51,552 bases of DNA from sequence record OL539457.1. One strand, given 5' to 3'. Below the pieces are notes generated by a model. It did not search any database, was not told the DNA's origin, and saw only the letters and a program-made list of their open reading frames with translations. This document shows, piece after piece, positions 46,096 through 51,552 of this stretch. Numbering within the stretch: position 1 is the stretch's first letter; every line of letters starts with the position of its first letter. A program made the translations under genes and the position numbers. Source of the DNA: Klebsiella phage vB_KaeD_HazelMika.

Positions 46096-46692
46096 ATGAC
46101 TATCCAACGATACAGGCCGAAACTGGCAGGCGAAGGCCGCAACAAGCGCGCCGTAATGACCACTGACACGCACGGCGTGTATGTAACCCACGCATCACAT
46201 CAGGAAGAAATGGACCGCTTAAAACGCGAATTAGACGCCTTAAAAGACGGCTTAAAACGTCAAATTTTTGCGCCGCTTGAAAAAGCCATGATGAATGCGC
46301 TTATTAAAACGGCGATGCAGGCAACGCAGACCGTCTACACCGTCAACCCATGCGACAAGCTGACTTCCGAGCGCGTGCGTGAAATTATGGATGCGCAGAT
46401 CGGATGCGGAGTGATTCAGATCAGTGAGGAGTTGAGCAACGCCGAATCAGGATTCATGACGCGCCACGTTTTAGCCATGCCTGAGCCGAAAGTGCTGTTG
46501 TGCATCAAGTCAGAAGCGACCAGCTTTGTTGCTGGAAATCGGTACGAATACGAAATGAAAGACGGCGCTTTGTTCGTTGCGCAAGATGAATTCGTTTCCG
46601 ATCTTCATGAAGAGGATTTCTGGCACGTAACGGACGGCGGCGCGTATTACATCGTTGAAACGGTGGCGGGTAACGCGTACTTTAAGAAATAG
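46096..46692 (+). CDS. hypothetical protein
   Basis: 198 aa with RBS GCGAGG. Confidence 0.45.
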   Translation: MTIQRYRPKLAGEGRNKRAVMTTDTHGVYVTHASHQEEMDRLKRELDALKDGLKRQIFAPLEKAMMNALIKTAMQATQTVYTVNPCDKLTSERVREIMDAQIGCGVIQISEELSNAESGFMTRHVLAMPEPKVLLCIKSEATSFVAGNRYEYEMKDGALFVAQDEFVSDLHEEDFWHVTDGGAYYIVETVAGNAYFKK

Positions 46693-46732
46693 CACTTTTT
46701 GTTAAGCGGAATCGTGCGCTGATTGGTATGAT
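46687..46732 (+). promoter_or_regulatory. conserved module: AAATAGCACTTTTTGTTAAG + 22 nt hairpin + TATGAT
   Basis: An 8-bp stem gcggaatc/gattccgc encloses TGATTGGTATGAT. Confidence 0.55.
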
Positions 46733-46756
46733 TCCGCAATCACTAACAACGGAGCA

Positions 46757-46921
46757 ATGCAGATGAACCCGAAAGACATTAAGCAAGACAAAAAGACATA
46801 CTCAAAAGGCGCAAGAGCAAAGCGCCGGATCGAGTGGCGCGATCACTTTATCGGAATGGGTCACAGCAGAAAGGTTGCGATTGACCTGGCGAAATGGGCA
46901 GAAAAACAGGGGCGTTGGTAA
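46757..46921 (+). CDS. small basic protein (about 52-54 aa)
   Basis: RBS GGAG. ATGA-coupled to the HAD phosphatase gene. Below the track threshold. Confidence 0.35.
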   Translation: MQMNPKDIKQDKKTYSKGARAKRRIEWRDHFIGMGHSRKVAIDLAKWAEKQGRW

Positions 46922-47541
46922 TGAATGCACTTTACAACCACATCAAGAACCACATCGAGCGCAAAGGCGTTAACAGTCCAGTATTCATCTTTGATTATGA
47001 TGGCACGCTTTCGAACGGCGAGCACCGATTGCACGCACTGCCAACCGAAAACCTCCACCTTACGGAATCGTGGCAAGAATTCAACGCGCTTTCTGAATTT
47101 GATGCGCCGTTTGAGGACACCATTCAGGTGATGAGGGCTTGTTATCAGGCCGGAACCGTAATCATCTTAACGGGGCGCAGCGATTCGGTTATTGATATCT
47201 CTGTCAAATGGCTGGTTGATAACGGAGCAGATCATTATGATTTCCTGGTAATGCGTGAGGCATCCGACAACCGGAAAGACACCGTAATCAAAGAGGAGTT
47301 TTTGCGCTTCATTGGCTTGCATCGCATTACGGCGGCGTGGGATGATAGCCCGAAAGTGATTGAGCACTTCCGTAGCCTGGGCATCACAACTTACCAGGTG
47401 TGTGACTACGGCGACAAGACGCACGCACATTTGCAGTCACGCGGCGTTAAGGAGAAGGGCGCAGAGTGCGATCACATTTGGGAAATGAGCGACTATCACA
47501 AAACCTGCGAATCATGCGGGAAACAAGAGGACTTCGAATAA
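46921..47541 (+). CDS. HAD-superfamily phosphatase (nucleotidase/polynucleotide phosphatase-like)
   Basis: 206 aa with motif I FDYDGTLS (DxDGT), motif II ILTGRS and distal K/DD motifs. Confidence 0.55.
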   Translation: MNALYNHIKNHIERKGVNSPVFIFDYDGTLSNGEHRLHALPTENLHLTESWQEFNALSEFDAPFEDTIQVMRACYQAGTVIILTGRSDSVIDISVKWLVDNGADHYDFLVMREASDNRKDTVIKEEFLRFIGLHRITAAWDDSPKVIEHFRSLGITTYQVCDYGDKTHAHLQSRGVKEKGAECDHIWEMSDYHKTCESCGKQEDFE

Positions 47542-48149
47542 TGGCAACTATTATCATTTTGAACGCACCGCCGCGCGCGGGTAAAGACACGATCGCCAAA
47601 CACATTGACGAGCAATACGGTTTGCCAGTGGTGAGCTTTAAAACTCCGATGTTCAACATTGCGCGGGGCATCCTGGGCGAGGCTGATTTTAAAGAGTTCA
47701 TGGCGGTTTACGAAAGCGATCGCAAAGACACACAAGAGCTTTCCATCCTGGGCGGGATGACTTGCCGACAGTTCATGATTTGGATCAGCGAGGACGTGAT
47801 CAAGCCAAAATTCGGCAAGAAGCATTTCGGCTGGCTGATGGCGGATCTGCTTTCTGAAATGGAGGATGATGTTGATCTCACCATTTGCAGCGATGGCGGT
47901 TTCCCAGATGAGGTGGAGGCTCTTATTGACTTCGGGCACAAGGTGAAACTGGTCAGGATGCACCGCGATGGTTTCGACTTCTCGAAGGATAGCCGCGATT
48001 ATATTTACCTTTCCGACGAGTACAAGAGCAAGCCTGGCGTTGTTGAGTTTGATATGACATTGCAGGACGGTTGCCCACAAGATGCGGCTGATTTGATTGC
48101 TTCATTGTTCATTCTCAATCATCAACCAGATGACGTAATTCCCTGGTAA
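47541..48149 (+). CDS. P-loop nucleotide kinase (T4 gp1 dNMP kinase-like)
   Basis: 202 aa with a Walker A-type motif NAPPRAGKDT, similar to the GKDT motif of phage dNMP kinases. Coupled to the upstream phosphatase by a TAATG overlap. Confidence 0.5.
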   Translation: MATIIILNAPPRAGKDTIAKHIDEQYGLPVVSFKTPMFNIARGILGEADFKEFMAVYESDRKDTQELSILGGMTCRQFMIWISEDVIKPKFGKKHFGWLMADLLSEMEDDVDLTICSDGGFPDEVEALIDFGHKVKLVRMHRDGFDFSKDSRDYIYLSDEYKSKPGVVEFDMTLQDGCPQDAADLIASLFILNHQPDDVIPW

Positions 48150-48193
48150 ATAGCACGAATTGCTAAACCCGCTCCGGCGGGTTTTGTTATAGT
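48149..48193 (+). promoter_or_regulatory. conserved module: AAATAGCACGAATTGCTAAAC + 22 nt terminator-like hairpin + TATAGT
   Basis: Hairpin cccgctccggcggg followed by TTTTGT. Confidence 0.55.
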
Positions 48194-48224
48194 TACTCCA
48201 CACCAAACAACAGAGGCATTAACC

Positions 48225-48515
48225 ATGACCATGAACGCAATCGCAAACATCACCGTTGACCTGAAAGCAAAGATTCAGTACACGATCCCAGAATCAGGCA
48301 CTTTCCTTTTCGCATGGGCTTACCGCGATCAGCCGTTCGCCGCAACTTATCAATGGCGCTCTGGTGAGCTTGCCGTGATGACGGATTCCGGTTACGAGAT
48401 CGCAGGCGTTGGCGTGGCGGAAGAGTATTACCCGCTCCCAGATCTCAAGCGCATCGTTGCTGGCGAAGATACCGCATCAAAATTCATCGCTATCGTGGTG
48501 ATTGATGCAGCATGA
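48225..48515 (+). CDS. hypothetical protein
   Basis: 96 aa with RBS AGAGG. Confidence 0.45.
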   Translation: MTMNAIANITVDLKAKIQYTIPESGTFLFAWAYRDQPFAATYQWRSGELAVMTDSGYEIAGVGVAEEYYPLPDLKRIVAGEDTASKFIAIVVIDAA

Positions 48516-48622
48516 AAAGGCCAACATTCCACGAAGCAATGATTATTGCTTTACTTATGCTTACGAGCGCGGCGGCATTACGCGCAATCTTATTCTTCGC
48601 ATTCATACAGGGCGCAAAATGA
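48512..48622 (+). CDS. micro-ORF, 36-aa membrane peptide (putative)
   Basis: MKRPTFHEAMIIALLMLTSAAALRAILFFAFIQGAK, with an ATGA overlap at both ends. Confidence 0.3.
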   Translation: MKRPTFHEAMIIALLMLTSAAALRAILFFAFIQGAK

Positions 48623-48783
48623 AAACTTTCCTGATCTTCATGGCTGGCTCAATCATGCTAGCAGCAACAACCGAAGGCGTAACGCCGTTAATCGCAGGCG
48701 GCCTTATCGCCTGGGCTTATTACCGCTGCGGGCACGATGACGGATTCAAGGCCGGAAAGCGAAACATCTTAACTGGCAAATAG
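48619..48783 (+). CDS. small membrane protein (54 aa)
   Basis: MKTFLIFMAGSIMLAATTEGVTPLIAGGLIAWAYY..., ATGA-coupled. The alternative is the 93-aa track ORF 48502-48783 in the same frame. Confidence 0.35.
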   Translation: MKTFLIFMAGSIMLAATTEGVTPLIAGGLIAWAYYRCGHDDGFKAGKRNILTGK

Positions 48784-48823
48784 CACGATTTGTTAAAAGG
48801 GCATTCATCCTGATTGGTATGAT
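48778..48823 (+). promoter_or_regulatory. conserved module: AAATAGCACGATTTGTTAAAAG + 22 nt hairpin + TATGAT
   Basis: A gggcat/atgccc stem encloses TGATTGGTATGAT. Confidence 0.55.
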
Positions 48824-48853
48824 GCCCACATCAACCACACAGAGGAATAAATA

Positions 48854-49315
48854 ATGAAACAATTTGCAATTTGTACTCACTCCATATCACGTGCTTTCGT
48901 TGTTGGCGAAGCGTATGAAATCGAGCCGAAAAAAGGCGGTCGCGGCTTTCACGTTGGCGGAAACTTTACGGGCTACGCATACGATAGCAAAACCCCTGAT
49001 TTAATCGACGTGCGCGGCGTTAACAGGACTATTGCCAGCTTCAATAAGGGAATCGCACGCAAGAAAAAAAGCCTTCTCAAAATGCTTGTGCGTGCGCATG
49101 TGGTGTATGCAAAATCGCGCGGCTGGGGAGATAGCAAAAACGGCGCTCATAAATCCTGGAGCGCCACTTGGTACAAGAGCGCTAACGATTGGGCGCGTTG
49201 CTTCGCCTTGGGCTATGATATCGAAGCCATTGAGCTTGAGGCGGCAGAGGAAGGGGTTAAAGTCGATCAGGAGTATCTTAACTGGTTCGTTGATGAGCAG
49301 ATGAGTTATTATTGA
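48854..49315 (+). CDS. hypothetical protein
   Basis: 153 aa with RBS AGAGGAAT. Confidence 0.45.
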   Translation: MKQFAICTHSISRAFVVGEAYEIEPKKGGRGFHVGGNFTGYAYDSKTPDLIDVRGVNRTIASFNKGIARKKKSLLKMLVRAHVVYAKSRGWGDSKNGAHKSWSATWYKSANDWARCFALGYDIEAIELEAAEEGVKVDQEYLNWFVDEQMSYY

Positions 49316-49340
49316 TTGCTGGCGCGAAGTCCTGCATAAT
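49312..49340 (+). promoter_or_regulatory. sigma70-like promoter TTGATT-17-CATAAT
   Basis: Conventional 17-nt spacing with no palindrome motif. The spacer and -10 lie in a hairpin gcggggc. Confidence 0.45.
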
Positions 49341-49386
49341 GCGGGGCTTCATTCAAGCAACCACAAACAAATCAGAGGAAATCACC

Positions 49387-49821
49387 ATGAAATTACGTTG
49401 CCTTTTTGTCTCAACCTCACTGTATTCAGCCGTAGCCTCTCGCATGTTTGATATTGGCTCGGAGTACCTGGGAGCACGCCGCAAGGGTAGCTCAATTGAT
49501 GCTTTCGATATAGTTGTTGAAGATCCTGTGTTTAAGGGGAAAACCTTCGTGCTAACCGGATATGAAAACAAAGAAACTGGAAACGTCGATATACTCACAG
49601 AGGCTGGAGTGATCGCCAGCTTCACGAAGCCTAAGCAATCTCGCCTGGTTAAGTCAGAAAAGCGAGTGCCACACAAAGCAGACGGCACAGGGCAAACTGA
49701 CAAGCGCCGATTCCGCCGCGTTTGCCGCCAGTATTGCAAGCTACGCTTCATCAATCCTGCGTTTACGTGCCCAGAGTCACACCGCCAAATGCAAAAGCTG
49801 GCGCGCTTCCACCGCCGATAA
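49387..49821 (+). CDS. hypothetical protein (possible signal peptide)
   Basis: 144 aa with RBS CAGAGGAAAT and a hydrophobic N-terminus. Confidence 0.45.
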   Translation: MKLRCLFVSTSLYSAVASRMFDIGSEYLGARRKGSSIDAFDIVVEDPVFKGKTFVLTGYENKETGNVDILTEAGVIASFTKPKQSRLVKSEKRVPHKADGTGQTDKRRFRRVCRQYCKLRFINPAFTCPESHRQMQKLARFHRR

Positions 49822-49865
49822 ATAGCACGAATTGCTAAAACAAGCCTGGGGTAAGCTGTTATAGT
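49820..49865 (+). promoter_or_regulatory. conserved module: AAATAGCACGAATTGCTAAAAC + 22 nt hairpin + TATAGT
   Basis: A ggggtaa/ttacccc stem encloses the -10. Confidence 0.55.
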
Positions 49866-49897
49866 TACCCCATCGAAACGCAACGGAGCTAAACGAA

Positions 49898-50131
49898 ATG
49901 ATTAACAAGCCGAAGTATCTGAAAATCAAAATCACCGCTAACCAGAGTCGCTTTGATGCAGATTCATTAACCCTGGAAGAGTGCGGAGTTAAGCTGGATG
50001 AAGTTTTTTACGCTGATGTTTTCAGCGCTGGGCACGCCAATATCCGAGCCAAACGAGACAATGAAGATAAATCCATTCTCGCTGGCGACAACTTGAGCGT
50101 TGAGCGTGGAGAGTACGAGGTGATCGAATGA
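49898..50131 (+). CDS. hypothetical protein
   Basis: 77 aa with RBS GGAG. Confidence 0.4.
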   Translation: MINKPKYLKIKITANQSRFDADSLTLEECGVKLDEVFYADVFSAGHANIRAKRDNEDKSILAGDNLSVERGEYEVIE

Positions 50132-50436
50132 TCTGGATTCACACCTACGGGATCGGCAAGTTCGGGCGCAAGATCCGAAAGAGCATTCACACCAGCGAAC
50201 AAGAGGCGCTGGATTCGAAAAAGGTTTTAGGCGGAACCGTAGAGCGCTTCCATAGTGATGAGGATGTGGCTATTAACAACTACCACGCTGCAAACGCACT
50301 GCGCCAGGAAATGAGCGATATTATCGACGATTTCAGCAAGCACGATCCGGTGTTTTACGGCTCCACTGGCTGGGATGCTAAAAAGCTGAAAGCGTGCAAC
50401 ATGGTTAGCCAGATTATCGAAGAGGGGGATTATTGA
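50128..50436 (+). CDS. hypothetical protein
   Basis: 102 aa, ATGA-coupled. Confidence 0.4.
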   Translation: MIWIHTYGIGKFGRKIRKSIHTSEQEALDSKKVLGGTVERFHSDEDVAINNYHAANALRQEMSDIIDDFSKHDPVFYGSTGWDAKKLKACNMVSQIIEEGDY

Positions 50437-50670
50437 ATGTTCGGACTTAGTGAAGCGCACTGGAACATTGTGAAAAGCCAGGCTCGAAAGCTGAATGAAG
50501 CGGTTAAGGCAATGCCTGAGAAAGACCGCAAAAATGATCGCCTAATGATTGAGGTGATCAGCAAGCACCACGAGCCGATCGCAACACTGATCGAGCGTTT
50601 AAAGTTCACCTGGACGGCTGGCTATCTTGCTGGGCGAGTTGGAAACAAAACAAATGGAGATTATGAGTAA
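50437..50670 (+). CDS. hypothetical protein
   Basis: 77 aa. Confidence 0.4.
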   Translation: MFGLSEAHWNIVKSQARKLNEAVKAMPEKDRKNDRLMIEVISKHHEPIATLIERLKFTWTAGYLAGRVGNKTNGDYE

Positions 50671-50876
50671 TGTTCACTCACTTACCGAAGAAGGGCGAAA
50701 TCATCCGTTGTGATTCAGTTGTTGGGGCAGCGCCGTTTATGGTTGGCGTGGAGTACACCGTTGAGCACATAGATCGCAAGTTGGGGCACGTTTACGTATA
50801 CGGCGACGAGGGTAACTTAGAAGCGATCGATTACACTCATGACTCGGTACACGGAAAGTTTTCAAAAGTTAGTTGA
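50670..50876 (+). CDS. hypothetical protein
   Basis: 68 aa. Confidence 0.4.
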   Translation: MFTHLPKKGEIIRCDSVVGAAPFMVGVEYTVEHIDRKLGHVYVYGDEGNLEAIDYTHDSVHGKFSKVS

Positions 50877-50882
50877 CGGCAT

Positions 50883-50911
50883 CGGCTCTGATTGGTACAT
50901 TAGAACCGTAG
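50883..50911 (+). promoter_or_regulatory. sigma70 promoter TTGACG-17-TACATT (with TGATTGG element) upstream of tRNA
   Basis: Good spacing. An untranslated tract of about 120 nt follows before the tRNA. Confidence 0.5.
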
Positions 50912-51037
50912 ACGAAAGAGGCGCTTAGGCGTAACGGGCAGCACGATTGCTGCACTACAATTTACAGCGTCATTGATGGCGCTTTCATTCGGGGCATAGT
51001 GGTAAGCCCGCCGTAGACCCGTAAGCGGCACAAATTC

Positions 51038-51125
51038 GGAAGGATGGCAGAGAGGACGATTGCGCGCGGTTGCTAACCGTGAAGCCGGAAACGGCTCAAG
51101 GGTTCGAATCCCTTTCTTTCCACCA
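51038..51125 (+). tRNA. tRNA-Ser (anticodon GCU)
   Basis: Manual cloverleaf fold. Acceptor stem GGAAGGA/TCTTTCC, D-arm with GG, anticodon loop TT-GCT-AA (GCT at 51072-51074). Long variable arm AGCCG-GAAA-CGGCT, T-loop GGTTCGAATCC, encoded CCA. Total 88 nt. Confidence 0.8.
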
Positions 51126-51139
51126 ATCAGAGGGGTGCA

Positions 51140-51327
51140 TGATGGTTTATTCTGTGAAGCTTACGATCCTGTTAATGGGCAGGACTTGCGCATCATGCAA
51201 GCAAGAATTCAGTTGCAGCGTTGAGGCCGAAAGCGAGCAAGACGCAGTGACGAAAGCAAAGGCACTTTCTGGAGCCGATCCAGATTTCAATAAATTTCTC
51301 GTTAACTATGTAAGGGCTAAAAAATGA
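51140..51327 (+). CDS. hypothetical protein
   Basis: 62 aa (MMVYSVKLTILLMGRTCASCKQEF...) with RBS AGAGGGG. The track ORF start at 51070 lies inside the tRNA. Confidence 0.4.
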
Positions 51328-51551
51328 ACGTAGCATTCTTCGTTTTCGGTTTTATCGTGGCGGTTGTCCTGGTGATGTGGCGATCCTTCAAGTGGGTTAA
51401 GGCCAAAGCCAGTAAGGGCGAATATGCCTCTGTTATCTACGATCCAGTAAAGAAAGAGTATCGCGTAACCGGACAGTATGCCGGACTATCGCAAAAGCTG
51501 GCAGATATCAGGGCAGGCCGACAGCCTGGCGCTATTAAGTACGTTGATTGA
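51324..51551 (+). CDS. membrane protein
   Basis: 75 aa with an N-terminal transmembrane segment FFVFGFIVAVVLVMW. ATGA-coupled, TGA stop at 51549-51551. Confidence 0.45.
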   Translation: MNVAFFVFGFIVAVVLVMWRSFKWVKAKASKGEYASVIYDPVKKEYRVTGQYAGLSQKLADIRAGRQPGAIKYVD

Positions 51552-51552
51552 T

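Noticed and set aside
48502-48783. 93-aa track ORF 48502-48783 as a single gene.
   Set aside because: The region is better explained by two ATGA-coupled small membrane ORFs (48512-48622 in another frame, 48619-48783 in-frame). The N-terminal 39 residues of the 93-aa reading lack an RBS. The 93-aa version is kept as a less likely alternative.
51070-51139. Track ORF 51070-51327 starting within the tRNA-Ser.
   Set aside because: Its first 18 codons overlap the tRNA T-arm and acceptor stem. A good RBS (AGAGGGG) precedes the internal ATG at 51140, which is the more plausible start.
1-51552. Searched for a lysogeny module (integrase, CI/Cro pair, attP).
   Set aside because: No tyrosine or serine recombinase-sized ORF with recognisable motifs was seen, and no tRNA-adjacent attP. 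The only tRNA is embedded in the early region with its own promoter. The phage is inferred to be virulent. The two HTH proteins are attributed to transcriptional control rather than lysogeny.

Overview
This window looks like a complete or near-complete virulent T1-like (Drexlerviridae-type) siphophage genome of about 51.5 kb. I found no integrase, repressor or other lysogeny module.

Modules, in order:
- 84-19430 (+): packaging and head genes, arranged as in lambda (TerS, TerL, portal, morphogenesis, protease/scaffold, decoration-like, major capsid), then a lambda-like tail module. The tail module includes a G/GT chaperone pair with a -1 frameshift site, the tape measure, M/L/K/I-like tip proteins and a 1200-aa J-like central fibre.
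- 19461-20838 (-): a Cor-like exclusion gene plus two unknown genes.
- 21339-23660 (+): a recombination module (RecE-like exonuclease, Erf, SSB).
- 23697-27676 (-): an 805-aa side tail fibre with internal tandem repeats, a primase and an HTH protein.
- 27768-34917 (+): replication and lysis genes. These are a SF2 helicase, a VRR-NUC nuclease, a Dam methyltransferase, an HTH-metallophosphoesterase, a holin, a SAR endolysin and a u-spanin.
- 34930-40519 (-): a block of small genes including a DUF3987-like ATPase and a compact C5-methyltransferase-like protein.
- 41264-51551 (+): an early region of about 35 small genes, including a HAD phosphatase plus dNMP-kinase pair and a tRNA-Ser(GCU).

The most striking non-coding structure is a family of at least 21 near-identical intergenic modules. 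Each contains the quasi-palindrome AAATAGCACGAATTGCTAAAAC (TAGCA-N5-TGCTA), which often embeds the upstream gene's stop codon. Exactly 22 nt (21 in one copy), nearly always folding into a GC hairpin, separate it from a -10-like TATNNT hexamer. A CA-rich leader and RBS follow. The same palindrome occurs reversed and abutting the -10 at the major-capsid, side-fibre and holin promoters. The two divergent control regions share conserved blocks, and one carries a TATTCCA iteron array. Several 23-55 aa hydrophobic ORFs are ATGA-coupled to their neighbours. All calls rest on sequence reading and motif recognition only; no database search was possible.
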